Shown in pieces: positions 24,956 through 39,228 of a stretch of DNA of 63,484 bases. The stretch comes from Gracilinanus agilis (Eukaryota). The stretch is taken from positions 479,124,124-479,187,607 of the forward strand of contig NC_058132.1 of assembly GCF_016433145.1 (NCBI RefSeq), in the 5' to 3' direction. The position numbers and the translations under genes were made by a program. Positions within the stretch are counted from its first letter, which is position 1, and every line of letters starts with the position of its first letter. The notes under the pieces were generated by a model. It had not been told where the DNA came from, searched no databases, and saw only the letters and a program-made list of their open reading frames with translations.

Positions 24956-27900
24956 TATGCTGCCCTGTTGCTAGTATTTAAATCATGACTTTTTTTTTTG
25001 TCATCTCAATTTATCTACTAAATGAGACTCTATTCCTTGGCTGGAGGTATATGATGCCTCTCAGTGCTGACAAATGAAAACCCACAGATGTGAGTTGGAG
25101 GCCACTCTGAAAGCCTGGGACTGTATATATCATCCAGTTCCATAAAGCCTCCAACACCATGCATAACTTGCTAATCATTTTTTTTAATTAAGTAGCTCCA
25201 GTCCCTTGTACCCAGAATATACTGTCTATAAACCAAGACAAAAATCAGATAGCTTAATACAAAGGATTACCTATTTGTCCCCAAGTGTTAATGATAAAAG
25301 TGTGCATTTATATAGTGCTTCAAGGCTAGCAGCAGACCTACTGAAGAAGGTACTATTGTTATTGCCACTCTATAGTTGATGATAAAGACACTCCTAGAGG
25401 TTAAGTGACTTGCCCAGGGTCATTCAATTAGTAAGGACATGAAAAAGGTGTTTAAATTCAGATTTCCTTGATTCTAAACCCTAGTCAAGCCTGTGTTGAT
25501 GTTTATGCTGTCTCTCTAGCAAAAAGTGGGTAGGTTAAACCATTATGGATTCCATTTGTTTTGTGTACCCTTTCAGGAAAAATTCAATAAATGGGATGCC
25601 AAGTCAAAGACTAACTGATTCGAACTCAGGGACGAGAATTATCCTTAATCTTCAGTATTTTAATATTTAAATATTGTCTATAAGAGACATTAAGCTATAA
25701 TTTCTCATGTTGCAAAAGAAGAACAAGATAGACTTGAATTCAGAACGCTGGACCAGACATTTTACTCTGACATTCGTGAGCCCCCAAATGTGAGAACCTT
25801 ACTGAGATTCAGTCTTCTAATTTCTCAAAGAATATCCTGGATTACTTCCTAGAGAAGTAGCATTAACCAGTCATGCAATAAAGAAAACCAGAGTCCAAGA
25901 CCTTCCTTTGTTATGTATTAGCTATGTAATAGTGGTGAGCCATTAGCTTTCTCTGTACTCTAAGCAGTTCTCTTATTCACAGATAAGTTAATAACCTATG
26001 TTAGTCAAGTTAAATCTACACCCATGGAATTTCTGACATTCATGAAAGTTAAAGATCTGGAATTCCTTTACCTATTCCTCTCACACCAAAAACAAACACA
26101 ATCTCTACCTTACAAGGCAATTATAATAGATGTGCTTTGTAGACTTTAAATCACTATGTAAAAATGAACTGCTGTCATCAATAACAGTGAAAATGTTACA
26201 TAAATATTAATGATAATTAATAATGAAGATGAGAAAAATAAGCTAGTAATATTTCTTCTAAAATAAGTTGTTCAGTTCTCCTGAGCCTCAACTACCTTAC
26301 CATTTGAATAGGAATATGACATAGGCCAGCTCGGCAAAGGATCATAATAATTATTCGCCTCCCAAAGAGTTTCTGAGAATTCACTGGTGAGGCGGTACGT
26401 TGAGAATATGAGGATTTTTAAAAAAGCAAAGTTGCTCCCTCATTCCAAATGTGTAAGGTACAGGAGAAGCTTACCAATTCAGACTTAAATGAAGGGAAGG
26501 ACAGTCTGACCTAGTAAAAATTCTGAGTTATAACATATATTTTTAAAGTATGAAGCTTAGCTGCTTTTGAGTAATTCAGGCCAGGCTAACAATTATCCTT
26601 TAGAGAATATGATTTAATGAATCGGTGAGACTGATGCAGACTTATCGTATCTTTTACTCATATGAAATGGGCATGTACAAAGTGCTTGAAGGGAGGTATT
26701 TTATTCTTAAATATTTTAAATGTGTCCTTTCTCCTATTCTTGTTTGGATTATTGATTTCCATCCTGAAGAAAGGATTTGGTTAAGCAAAAATAAACCAGC
26801 TAAGCATCCATGTCAATTATCTTGAATTGTGGGTTACTAGAATCCAAGTCACTTTAAATTTATTACTTCGACCTGTCTGAAGAACTTTCAGTAGTAGTAT
26901 ACTTTCAGGGCACTGAAGATATCATTTATCATACTGAGTACATTTACTAAATCATAACCAGTTTGCAGACAACATTATGCTGATTTCATTAAGTCCTAGA
27001 AGATTATAGAACCTCCTAAATGAGATCCATAATCACTCAAATGATTCGTTCTACATATCCACATGGAAAACAAAACAAAACTAAGTGGATGGAAAATTTC
27101 TGTTATCCACAATATAATATGAATGAATGGGTAGTTGAATGAATAAATGATACAGTATTTATGTTTTTCTATGTCAAGTTCTATGCTAAGTTCTAGGGGA
27201 CCAAAGAGAAAAAAGAAAAGCAAAGTAGTCCCTGCCCTAAAGAAGCTTACATTCAAATAAAGAAAGACAAGACATAAATGGAAATGGTGGCCACAAAGGA
27301 ATAATGTGGTAAAGGAAGTCAAAGAGACGATGACTGGTTTGAAATATCCTTTCCAAGGATAGTAGTGCTACTTTGATTATTGTTCCCAGAGCTAGATATG
27401 GAAGGGTTTAGGGATGGGGGGAAGGTTTGCACAAAGTCATATGGCACGAAGATGACCCAGTAACAGGGTTCTGTGTTGGGCTAGAAATGATGAAGGCTCA
27501 CCAATCAAAAGCCAGGAGATCCAAGGCATGTGGTAGGATGCCATTAAATAGATTTATAGAGCTTGTCCAACTGCATGTGTCTATATACGTACACATATGT
27601 ACATGTTGCGTATATAAATGGACTTGTGTGTATGCACATATGTATGTGAATATATAATATACTTCTTTGAGTGTGAATGTATCTTTGCATACACACACTT
27701 GTGTGATATGAAAAATGTCAATGGGAAATTGCACAGTGCTTTTAACAACCTCAAGCTTGTCCTTGAAACAACAACTTCAGCAACCTCTTTTAAGAGCAAC
27801 CTCAGATCCAGACTTCAATAGTAAAGTGAGTGACCAGAGACAGTAATTCCATTTTGGAACAGACACGAAGATATGAGGAAGAGGAGGAGGAGAAGGAAAA

Positions 27901-28039
27901 AAAGATGAATCAGTCATCTGTTGATTATGAGATGTCTAAGGGAGAGTTGTTTTTTTTTTCCTTCAGTGGTATCATCTTAGTAGTAAGGGAATATAGAAAA
28001 TTTATGGAAAAACATAGACAAGATTCATATAGTAGGAGC

Positions 28040-28347
28040 ATTAAAGGGTGAATTATGATCTGTACTGTAGAGTGTGGTAAGCCAGTGATTGTATTTGTTG
28101 CTTGGTTAGACAACAACAATTAGTTGCTTGGTTAAATGTGGCACATCTGATAAGATTAAGGAGATCACCCCAGGGATATAATCTAAAGAGTTGGCTCAGG
28201 GGTCCTTGAAAGAAAATAATCTGCTGAGGAAGTAAGGAATATATAAAAATCTGCCCTCTCCATTGTTTGTTGGACTCTTCAACCTGAGACAAGCTCTGGT
28301 TCTTTATAGGGACACATCTATTTGGGGTCACTGAGCTTGTCTTCACA
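28040..28347 (+). mobile_element. Probable solo LTR
   Basis: TATATAAAA at about 28240, ends GTCTTCACA; no clean TSD seen. Confidence 0.4.
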
Positions 28348-28629
28348 GAAGAGCATGGTAGATCATAATCTTCACAGATGGAACATGGGTAATTCTACTC
28401 CCAATGTTTCCTTGTGTCTGCCACCATTTTAAATCATAATTAAAATTTGTAACATTAAAACTGCTGCTTGTTCTCATTTCCAGACTTTAAGTACTTCACT
28501 GAACTAGATCTTATCCTTATCTAAATAAAGGAAATATTCAGAGATGAGATTAGAAATCTACCCAGAGGTGAAAACAGAGAAACTAGGAAATATTCCATGT
28601 GGATCTTGCATTCTTAAACCAGCTAACAG

Positions 28630-29460
28630 ACTCATAGAATCACAAAATAATAGACTTGAAAGTGACCTCAGAAGTTAATCCTAATCCAAAACCTACCAAC
28701 CAAATCCATACCCTGCCAACATCATGAATCTCATCTATCTAGCATCCATTTAAACACCTTCAGTGATGGGAAACATTATCCACTGCAATAGCCTAAATCC
28801 ACTTTGAAGAGAAGTTTTTCTTTAAATTTAGCCAAAATCTCACTCCTCATGACTTTGGTCTGATATCTCAATTCTGTCTTCTGGGGCCAAGCAGAATAAG
28901 CCTTATCTTTCCACATGTCTGCCTAAAAAAATTTAAAGATTATTTTAATATTTCACTTCACACTATCACTACCTCCAGTTGTCTTCTCTAGGTGAAATCT
29001 CCTCTGTTCCTTGTATGGCATATTTTCTTTTTCTTTCCCATTCTCTCATCTTCTAAATGTGCACTAGCTTTTTTTTCAGTATGGAACTCAGACCTGGACA
29101 ACATCATCTAGAGACAGTAATTTTAGCCTAGAACACAGAAAACTTCTCACCTTCTTTGCTAAAACAAAAACATTACATTTTTAAGTACAGCCTAAGATCA
29201 TCTTCACCAATTCGGTTGCAGCATACAATGAAGTCACTGAGTTTATAATTATACTCATATCTTTTTCACAATAGCTTTCTATTTGTGGTTCCTTTCCTCC
29301 TATGTTCCCAAAGAAAATTTCAACCCTATGTTTTCCCAGATTTTTTCCCAAGCATAGAAACCTATTCTTATTAAATTTCATGTTAGTAATTTGAGCCTAT
29401 CATTTCAATTCCTTAATAACTGGGGATCCTATTTCTGTCATTTACCATATTAGGCATCTT
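28630..29460 (-). mobile_element. L3/CR1 LINE, RT C-terminus to 3' end
   Basis: ORF 29181..29381(-) 'MKFNKNRFLCLGKN...ESYCEKDMSII...AA..VKMILGC' matches CR1 'MKFNKDKCKVLHLG...CEKDLGV...AAAKKAN.ILGC'. Confidence 0.88.
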
Positions 29461-31789
29461 TCCCATATGGATGCCCAAAAGTAAATAGCTATCGTCATAT
29501 TTGAAAAACCTCAGAAGGCTCTTTTTTGTATCCCAAATACCTACCCTAGGGATGTATCCTCCCAGTAGCACATTTCAAGTTAACATATGACTGCTTCTAT
29601 ACTTCTCAGTAGGTAGAGAAATGGATGAGAGGAGCAGCACAAGGTAACAACAAGCTCATTGAACTTGGCCTTGAGACCTTGACTCTACTAGCTTCTAGTT
29701 ATATGACTATGAAAAACCACTTGACCTTTCTGAGCCTTAGTTTCTTCATCTGTAAAATAGAATAAAAATATTTTCACTTTCTTTCATATGTTGTTGTTTA
29801 TGAACTAGAAAGTGCCCTAAGAATGGGCCATCACTATCATTGTCATCATGGTCATTAATGATAATAACAATAATAATATCTTGCAGAATTTTGACTAAAA
29901 TGTGAAGTTGTCACAGGTACTTGGGAATTTAGCAATCTTCAAATATGGGGAAATGAATTAAACCAAATATATATTGTAATCTCCAGTACTGGAAAAGGTA
30001 ATAATTTCCTAGCTGCCATTCTCCCTTTGTTAGATGCTCTTATTCAGTGACTTGAGAAGAGGATGATTTTATTATGTAAAAGTGATGCACACACACACAC
30101 ACACCACTGCCAGTCCACCTTACTCAGGTTCAATTTGAAATAGTTACTATAAGGGATAACAGGTAACTAAGAAATGAGACTTGGCATATTCAAGACATAA
30201 AAAGAAATCACAATGAAATTCCACCCACACGACTTCAAAGCACCAAAGTACCAAGCATGAGAAGTATCATAAAAGTGTCTGGAGAGGAAAAAAAACATAT
30301 AAAAGTCTTTAATTTGAAGGACCTCTTTTGCTTCTATAAAGTTACTGACATATTGGAGGCTGCCTAAAGTTAATTCTCAGGATGTAAGAATTCAATTCAT
30401 TGCTTCTCCAGACCCTTTGGAAATATCTCATCCCTTTTATTCTTGCTATTTTATAATTTCATTTAATCAATACCACCACCAGTAGAAGGTAGACAGGAGA
30501 AAAGAATATGAAATTCAAACTAATTCATTTGCTTCTTGTTAGCAGTTTTGATTAGTTTTAAGTTTGTTATGCAAGGATATTGGTTTAAATGAGGTTTCCA
30601 AAATCTTTATGAATTTCAATTATCTCTTCCATTCCTGTCTCCCATTAACATGGATAATTGAGAATTAGTAGTAAGCAATCATGTATATACGTATATACCA
30701 CATGTCAAAGTATATACCTTTGTGTCACTTAAAAATGATGGAAGAGAAGGACTACAAGTTGAAAAAGAGTCTTTCTGCCTATATATCCTCTCTCTATCTC
30801 CAATTTATTGGACAAAAATCGGGCACAAGTCTTGACGAAGCTTTAATAAAGCAAATGCAGCTTACAGAGTAGGTTGTGACCAGCAAGACTTCATACTCCC
30901 CCTCCTCTGTCTCCCCATCCCATTGTCTTCACTCTTAGTGTCTCAGAATATCTTTTTAATTGCTTATCAAATGGATAGTTATTGTATCATAAAATCTTCA
31001 AAGCCATTTCCTAGTCCCATTCAGTTGTGGAGCTGAACTTTTATATGATGATATATCACAATGGATTATGCTAATCAGCTTGTTAATAGCTCTGCTGGAA
31101 TTCACTCTAGGAGCATTAAAACAAACCAGTCCTTACAATGGATTAGGAAATGTGTTATATGGTTTAAGAACCTGGGGCCTTCATGACAAGGCCAGTAAAT
31201 AATGGTAGAAACTGGGAAGACTGAAGAAATACTCAGTTAAATTATTTATACATTAATCAAAAATACAGTTGTTAAGCAATATCATTAGTTCATCGCTAAT
31301 TGTTTTATGGATTTGTGATGAGTTGCTCATCCAAATGCAACAAGAGCCCAGTCTATTTCCACATTCTAACTAGACTCCTATAAAGTCTGATTTCTTTTTT
31401 TAGAATCCTTACAGAAATTTTGCAGGGGATGGACAGCCATTGGGACATCCGCCTTGTTTTCATTCTCTTATTAAATATTTTTTGTTTACTTGTTTCTCCC
31501 AAGATAACAAATGCCTGAAAATGCACAAGTGAAATATAACACTTGTTTTTTAAACCTTGTATTTCCATAGCACCTCTACTCCAAAGATCCCAAAAGACTG
31601 TAGTGAGGGTCAGATGGGAGAAATCACGAAAGTAAATACTTTGGCACCAAAAGTGGTATGTATATACATGTTTCTACTATTATTGTTGTAGAAATGAATT
31701 TGATTCAACTCATTTAAATTTATTTCAATTATAATAATAATAATAATGTTTGCTGAATTGAATTTGTTATAGAGAAACAAATTTTGACT

Positions 31790-31900
31790 TAATATAGGTA
31801 AAAAATGGCATAAACTGCCTTCATCAGTAATGGATTCCCCATTACTGGAGATAGTTAATGGAAGGTTGTGTAAATACTTCAGATTTCTGTAGAGAAAAGA
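31790..31900 (+). mobile_element. L3/CR1 3' end fragment
   Basis: ATGGCATAAACTGCCTTCATCAGTAATGGATTCCCCATTACTGGAGATAG resembles the CR1 3' motif TGGAATGGGCTGCC...TCCCC.TCACTGGAG. Confidence 0.6.
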
Positions 31901-32164
31901 CATGATGTTTTATTCAAATGGACAAAACCCCATTGTAGTATAAGAATTTTGAGTTTTGGAAGTATCCATGCCAGTCAATTCCTTCTAAGTGAAATTTTCA
32001 TTTCATTTCATTTCACTGACTAAGCCTCTGGGTTATTGAATGACTTCTTTGCCTCCATATAAGAGCTTTCTCATGCTGGCAATGCCTTTAGTCCTGGGCC
32101 ATCCTCTTTCAATTGATGAGTCATTCCTAAAATTTCCTTTTGAAAAAGCACCTGTCCAACCATA

Positions 32165-33262
32165 TCCTATCTTTTTTAGTCTTTAAATTTTTTCTAATTA
32201 ATTAATTTAGAATATTTTTCCATGGTTCCATGATTCATATTCATATTCTTTTCCTCCCCTCTGCTATAATATTGTAATCCCTCAAGCCATACATCCTTTA
32301 TCCATTACATTTCCCTCCCCTCTCCTGGAGCTGATAAGCAGTTCCACTAAGCTATATATGTATCATTGTTCAAAACCTATTTCCATATTATTTATATTTA
32401 CAGTAGAGTGATCTTTAAATGCCAAAACCCCAGTCATATCCCCATGGAACCATGTGATCAATCACATGTTTTTGTTCTGCGTTTCCACTCCTACTGTTCT
32501 TTCTCTGGCTATAGATAGTGTTCTTTCTCATACCTTCCTCTGAATTGTCCTGGGTCATTGCATTGCTGCTAGTACAGAAGTCCATTACGTACGATTGTGC
32601 CACAGTGTATCTGTCTCTGTGTATAAGGTTCTCCTGGTTCTGCTCCTTTCACTCTGCATCAGTTCCTGGAGGTCTTTCCAGTTCACATGGAATTCCTCCA
32701 GTTTATTATTCCTTTCAACGCAATAGAATTCCATCACCCGCATATATCACAATTTGTTCAGCCATTCCCCAATTGAGGGGCACCTCCTCATTTTCCAATT
32801 TTTTGCCACCACAAAGGGCGCAGCTATAAATATTTTTGTACAAGTATTTTTCCTTATTATCTCTTTGGGGTACAGACCCAGCAATACTATTACTTGAACA
32901 AAGGGCAAGCAGTCTTTTAAAGCCCTTTGCAATTAGTTCCAAATTGTCCTCCAGAGTGGTTAGACCAATTCACAACTCCACCAGCAGTATATTAGTGTCC
33001 CAGTTTTGCCACATCTCCTCCAACATTTATCACTTTCCTTTGCTGCCATATTGGCCAATCTGATAGTTGTAAGGTTCTTTTAATGTGCATTTCTCTAATC
33101 ATGAGGGATTTAGAACACTTTTCCACATGATTATTGATAATTTTGATTTCTTCATCTGAAAACTGCCTATTCATATCCCTTGACTATTTGTCGACTGGAG
33201 AATGACTTGATTTTTTGTAAATTTGATTTAGTTCCTAATATGCTTGGGAAATTAAGCCTTAA
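32165..33262 (-). mobile_element. 5'-truncated marsupial L1 (ORF2 C-terminus and 3'UTR), moderately young
   Basis: ORFs 32992..33174(-) 'MNRQFSDEEIK.INNH..KCSKSL.IREM.IK.TL' and 32747..32932(-) 'LLGLYPKEII...CTKIFIAA.FVVAKNWK...CPSIGEWLNKL'. Confidence 0.95.
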
Positions 33263-33954
33263 TCTAATTCAGTCTTAGACTTCCTGGAGTACTTAAATGA
33301 GTTTCTTTTCTTCCCTCTACTGCTACTATCCAACTCATTTTACGTGCTTTCTTCCTCTATTAGAATGTAAGTTCCTTGAGGCTAGGGATTGTGTTTCTTT
33401 TCATTTTTATTTGTATTTCCAATAAGGAACATTTAATAGATGTTTAGCTAATCTAATCTTAAAAGAGAATTTTGGACTTCACATGAAGAATTGCATTCTT
33501 ATGTATCTTCCAATTCTGGGATCCATTGTTTCTGTTACTTACCGAAGGTCACATACCAGAGGAGATGCCAGCAGTTGCACTTGAAACCATGAAAACATGA
33601 ATATGATTTAGTCTATCTGTGGAGACAGCTTTACTGGGGTGTGGACTCTTCATATATTACAGCTTCCTGCTTCTATCTCCTAAACATTTAATGAGTAAGC
33701 AGAAGTATTACAGTATAGTTTGGGCATCCTATCCAGAACAAACTTCTCTAAATTGAAATGTCACATGGAATTGTTATGCCTTTAAAAATTCATTATTTGT
33801 ACATGATCAGTCGTCATTCATTTGAACTTTAGCTCTGTACCCCTTCCCTCAAATATAGCAGGCTACCAGCCAACTCATTCTACCATAATGGGGTATTTTT
33901 ATTTTTCCTAGCATTTGGGTTTGTCTTTTAGATGATGTCTAACTACCAACGAAA

Positions 33955-34103
33955 AGCAGCTAGGTGGCACAGTGGACAGAGTACTTAGCCTTGAGTTCAA
34001 GTCCAGCCTCAGACACTAGCTATGTGATCCTGGGCAAGTCACTTAACTTCTTTTTGCCTTAATCACACTAGAAAAGGAAATGGCAAACCATGCTAGCATC
34101 TTT
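33955..34103 (+). mobile_element. Short MAR1-type SINE
   Basis: GCAGCTAGGTGGCACAGTGG head; AAAAGGAAATGGCAAACCA tail. Confidence 0.75.
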
Positions 34104-34127
34104 TTTTATTGGTCTTTTTCCCCCTCT

Positions 34128-34314
34128 TTTTAAAAATGCCTTTACCTTCCATTTTAGAATCAATACTATGTAAGAGTTTCAAGACAGAAGAGTGATAAGG
34201 GCTAGGCAGTTGGAGTTAAGTGACTTGCTCAGTAACACACAGCTAGGAAGTATTGAACCCAGGACCTCCTGGCTCCAGGCCTGACTCTCTATCCACTAAG
34301 CCTCCTAGCTACCC
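34128..34314 (-). mobile_element. SINE1_Mdo-type SINE, older
   Basis: TTTACCTTCCATTTTAGAATCAATACT...GAACCCAGGACCTCC...ATCCACTAAGCC.CCTAGCTACCCC. Confidence 0.85.
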
Positions 34315-34608
34315 CTACAACTCATATTAATAATAAAGATCTCAAAGACTCGAAGATTCCCAAGGTTCAAATCAATAAGTGAAGATAAAATTATCAATAA
34401 CTAAAGCACTGAAAAAAATCCAAGATTGAAAAGCAGAGAATCAGAGATAACAGTAATCAATGATAACAATTGATCAACTTTTTATTAAGTACCAACTATG
34501 TGCCAAGCACTGTGCTAAGTGCTAGAATTCAAATAAGAAAAAGAAAGACCACCCTTATCCTCAAGGAGCTTACAATTGAATGACTTCAATTATCTAAAGA
34601 AGAGTCTA

Positions 34609-35241
34609 TGAGGCACAAAGGCACAGGGGGTCACAGACACTATCTTTCTCCATGAATTCCCTGGGTTTTACATCAGCATTGACTCTAAAGCTCCCCAACT
34701 CCATCCCAAGACATGTTCCCTGGGGAGAACTGAATAACCCAGATGGGTATTGGGTAGAGGCAAGGATAGGCAGATCTTATCCTAATTAAGAGCCAGCTGA
34801 CTATTGAATATAATATATCTTTGATACCTTGCTAAGTGAAAGTAAGCCAAAGGCTTGTAGTTGGGCATGTAGCTCCAATTATTTTCTGGAAAGGAGCATA
34901 GTGTTTCACACTGTGACACAGAATTCCCGAATGAGAAGAGATTGACCACCTCTACTCTCCTTGGCAGAGACTGAGCACTGTATAATACCAGCCTGCTTCA
35001 AAGAAATACATTCTCTTGCTAATACAGTACCTCTGTGTATGAGGAGAAATGAAGATTCTTGTTACCCTTGTAGGGATCCAATGCCTTGTCTACTCAGTAC
35101 TGGGAGTGGTGATAAGCTTCCCACCAAGAAGCCTTACAAAGAGCTGAGAACTGGGTTCTATAATTCAACACACACCCCCGACAGACTTGAGCAGAACAGA
35201 TCAAATTGAAATAGAGTTCAGAAGAGAGAAGAAATTCTACA
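34609..35241. mobile_element. Possible solo LTR
   Basis: About 630 bp, locally GC-richer, TG start and CTACA end; no TSD confirmed. Confidence 0.35.
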
Positions 35242-36199
35242 CAGATCACAGCATCTTCTTCATCATTTTAATAATATAGCACTCTTCACCTTCAAAGCAC
35301 TGCACAGACGTTAACTAATCAATTAAACATGCTCTTATCTTTCCTGATTGGAGCCCTGCTATGCAGGTCAAAAAGGCATGGCCACATCCTGCTGAAATGA
35401 GCAGTCTTAAAAGGAAATGCAGTCATGTATGTATTCTCTATTCAGCCAAACTTAAGTCATGTCCTCATAGCAGAACCCAGGTGTTCCAGGCAGGAGATGC
35501 TCTGAAATGTCTTTCAGATTAAATGAGATCATTTGGGGGGCAAGAATTAAAAATCTCAGCTAACAGAAATGGTCACCCAGATGGAAGGAACATATTGAAT
35601 TTTTCAATTTCATCTTATTTGTTGTTTGTTCTAATGGGTGAGAAATTTCATGGCCTCTATTTCGCATATAAATAAATTAAGTTGCTGGGTCACAGAAAAA
35701 TCATTAACACAAATGGTCTAGAATATGATTTTCTAATATATTAGTCAGTTTCCTCACTTCAATTTAAGTGATAACCCTTTCCATGACATAAAAATTCAGA
35801 ATTTAAACTAAATCCCTATCTGTGTTGCTCCTGCCTTAGATTTTTTTGGTAAACCACTATCCAAACTATATAGCAATAATAGAAATACTTAGCAAGAATC
35901 TAGGTAACTAGAAGTAACTAATTCGAAGGGTGAGTGTTTTCTAGTAGTTTGCCTAAACTTACACTTAAGTTATATTTTTCTATCATGAAATTGAACTGAC
36001 TGTCATAAGAAGAGTTTTTAAAAATATTTTTTGTTATTTATTTCATTTAAATTACCTAATACTGGTTAAGATATGCCCAAAGCTCTTGTTCCTGCTTCAA
36101 TTAGCCATTGGTCTCAAACAGTCTTATCTACATGATATCTGACATCTGCCTATGAGCCACCAGTGACAAAATATAATTATAGCCAGAAAGCTGATACAA

Positions 36200-37760
36200 G
36201 AAGAGGCAATATCTTTTCATAGAAAGTTGGACTTGGAACCAAAAGACCTGAGTTTGAATATTGGCTTTTACATTTACAATCTTCTTAACCATGGACAAGT
36301 CACTTGACTTTTCATAGTCTCAGTTTCTTCATTTGTAAAATGGGGATAATAATGTTTATAATAACTACTTTTAGAGTTATTGAGAGAAAAGTACTTGTAA
36401 TTATTAAAGATCTATAGAAATGTGACCTACCTTGAGAAAATGAGGTGACTCTGAATATAGAACACTGAACCTAGCATCAGAAAGACCTCCTTAAACACCT
36501 TGAGGCAGGATTTTGAAAGCTTCTTCAGACACTTGGTAACTTTGTGACTTAACTTCTTTCTACCTGAGTTCCATTACCTATAAAATGGGAATAATAATAT
36601 CTATCTCCCAGGATTTTTGTGAGGACAAAATGAAGTTCTTTGTACAGCTCTTTGCAATCCTTAAAGTGCTATGAACATGCTTGCTATTAGTATTGTCAGA
36701 CTTTATAAAAGTGAAGGAGATAAAAGCAGAGGAAGGACATTCAGGTGGTAGAAGATCAAGAAAGCTTATATTTTTAAATATTTATACAATATTTTTTAAA
36801 CAATTACAACATAACCTTTTGGGTGCCCAGGTCCAGGTTTTTAAATTATGGCTCTCTGTGTTACTGTCCACCTGAGTTTCCACACTAAGGTATTCAATGA
36901 CAAATCATAAAATAAATTGCTATGGATCATGGAAAATGAAATTGTCTGAAAAACCTACTCAATTTCCTCCCTCCTACCTCTAAAGAACTCTTCCCTTTGT
37001 TGGCCTCAAAGTTGCCTCACTTCCTTAGGCTTGAGGCATTCATTAGAAGATTTTTGAGATCTATGTGTCCTCATCAAAAACTACACAATCTCATTTTGCC
37101 TCTCTTTTGACTGATCAAGTCTTTTTGACTAAATCAGTTTTTACAAACTTGATGTTTGGAATAACAGACCATGAAGAAAAAGTTACCCGTTGAGCTTATG
37201 CCATATGGATCGTGGATCTGGTGACCAAGACCATTATGGCCTTGGTTTTCCAGAGCTATCCCTTTACTCAATGTTAACTTGTCCTCGAATAATGTTTCTC
37301 TAGTTCTGAACCAGCTTTTTCCAAGTGAATTCCCCTCCCATTCTTTATTACTTACCACACTTCTCAGAGAGAGAAATATGAAAGCCCAGTAACAATCAGA
37401 TTCTTTCTTCCTTATCCTTAGCTATGAATTCAGTCACATCCTTACCTGAAGGTCACTAGTCATTGGTCATGCTTGGGTTCCTTCCTTCTAGAGAAATCTA
37501 GGTAACATAGAGGAGTTATATATCAGAAGTCAGGAAGACTTGAATTGAAATTGAACCTCAGACACAAACTAGCTAGGTGACTCTAGACAAGTCATTTAAT
37601 ATCTGTCTCACTTTCCTCACCTGTAAAATTGATAACTATAAAATTATAATAATGGCACTTTCCTCCCAGGGCTATTGAAAGGACCAAAGGAAAAAATACT
37701 TATAAAGCATTTTTCAAACCTCAAAGCACTAGGAAAATGCTAGCTACTATTATTATAATT
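36200..37760 (+). mobile_element. Three MIR relics (about 36200-36420, 36430-36690, 37500-37760)
   Basis: CORE motifs TCTCAGTTTCTTCATTTGTAAAATGGGG, CTATAAAATGGGA, TTTCCTCACCTGTAAAAT. Confidence 0.75.
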
Positions 37761-38035
37761 ATCATTCTTACTCTGGAGGTGAATTCAATAGGATATGGGT
37801 CTTTACTATATTTAGGAATAAGAACTAATAGATCTATCAAAATGCAAACATACTCTCACCCTCAGATTCATGCTTTTCAATAATCATTGATTTATTACAT
37901 ATAATTGGACAAAATAATAGTTTTTCTAAGTAAAATGCTCAAAAAATTATAATAAATAGTTAACCAAGAAAGGCTATTTTACCATTCCAATCCCATCCAT
38001 TTTATGAGCATTACCTAGACCTTTGGTAAGGAGAA

Positions 38036-38285
38036 GAGGCAGATAGGTGGTGTTGTGAGTAGAGCACCAGATATGGAGTCAGGCAGAATCATCTTCATGA
38101 GTTCAAATCTAGCCTCAGGCACTTACCAGCTGTGTGATTCTAAGCAGCTCTCAACCTTTTTTTACTTCAGTTTCCTCATCTATAAAATGAACTGAAGGAA
38201 ATGGCAAACCACTCCAGTATCTTTGCCAAGAAAATCCAAAATGAGGTCAAGAAGAGTCAGAAAAGACTAAAATGATTAAAACTAA
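38036..38285 (+). mobile_element. MAR1-type SINE
   Basis: Tail GGAAATGGCAAACCACTCCAGTATCTTTGCCAAGAAAA...GAAGAGTCAG. Confidence 0.9.
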
Positions 38286-38475
38286 AATTATAGCAACAAT
38301 AACAATAAGGGGAAGAGGAAGGAGACTTAATATTTAGGCCTGGTATACAGAACACTATTATCCTGTGGTCTTGGCCTAAATTATAATGGAATGAATCAAT
38401 CTTCCTCATGGTTCCATGCCTTATCCAAGGTTTCTTTATCAGAAAGGTTCTTCTGGTAACCTCTCCTTCTAAAAT

Positions 38476-38693
38476 AAGGATTTTTAACCTGTAGTCCATG
38501 GATAGATTTCGAGGGTCCATGGGATCTTAGATGGGGGGAAAAGTACATCTTTGTCTTTACTACACTCTAACTAAAATATAATATTTTCTTTATTTATGAA
38601 TGCAGACAACAAAGCACGTTTCTAAGAAGGTATCTATAGACTTTACTAGATTGCCAAAGGATTTCATGATACAGAAAATGTTAAGAATCCCTA
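38476..38693. mobile_element. Older hAT-Charlie MITE (MER58/MER5-like)
   Basis: Degenerate TIRs TAAGGATTTTTAACCT / TGTTAAGAATCCCTA; flanks TTCTAAAA / CTCTAGAA resemble the Charlie NTCTAGAN target. Confidence 0.7.
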
Positions 38694-39031
38694 CTCTAGA
38701 AGAATACTTCCAAAATCTCCTCAAAATATTCTTCTCTGTGGGAAGAAAGATGTGTAGAACTTGACTCACCATGAAAGAAAGATTATTTCAGAAACCCTGT
38801 GGTTTTTTTCATTTACACTTACAATTATGAGTATATATACACTAAAGTTGAACAAAAAGGATTAGATTTCTGAGCTGTGCATAATAGCAAAGGTCACATT
38901 TAGATAGCAAGTAATAAATTATAATGTGATTTTTTTCCTCAACAATCCTGTGTGGTAGCTACTGCAGGCATGATTATTCCCTAATTTTTAAGATTGATAA
39001 TTTAAGATTAAATATGAATTTATTTAATTTA

Positions 39032-39228
39032 TTTTTAAAGCCTTACCTTCTATATTAGAACCAATACTAAGTATTGATTCCAAGGAAGAAGACTGGTAAG
39101 GGCTAGACAATTGGAGTTAAGTGACTTGCCCAGGGTCGCACAGCTAGGAAGTATCTGAGGTCAGATTTGAACCTAAGACTCCCTGTCTCCATGCCTAGCT
39201 CTTTATTCAATGACAAACTGGCTGTCCC
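39032..39228 (-). mobile_element. SINE1_Mdo-type SINE
   Basis: CCTTACCTTC...GTGACTTGCCCAGGGTCGCACAGCTAGGAAGTATCTGAGGTCAGATTTGAACC. Confidence 0.9.

Noticed and set aside
24367-24981. 204-aa ORF (and antisense 63-aa ORF)
   Set aside because: Translation of the (CT)n and C/T-rich tract, which cannot contain stop codons; Leu/Ser/Phe/Pro low complexity.
27427-28051. Several 64-78-aa ORFs including a poly-Glu run
   Set aside because: Produced by a (TA/CA/TG) tract and a GAG-rich patch among L2-like relics; no splice or homology support.
30682-30700. Perfect palindrome GTATATACGTATATAC
   Set aside because: Low-complexity alternating sequence; expected in such tracts.
32415-33174. Cluster of overlapping ORFs
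   Set aside because: All are frames of a decayed L1 ORF2 C-terminus and 3'UTR.
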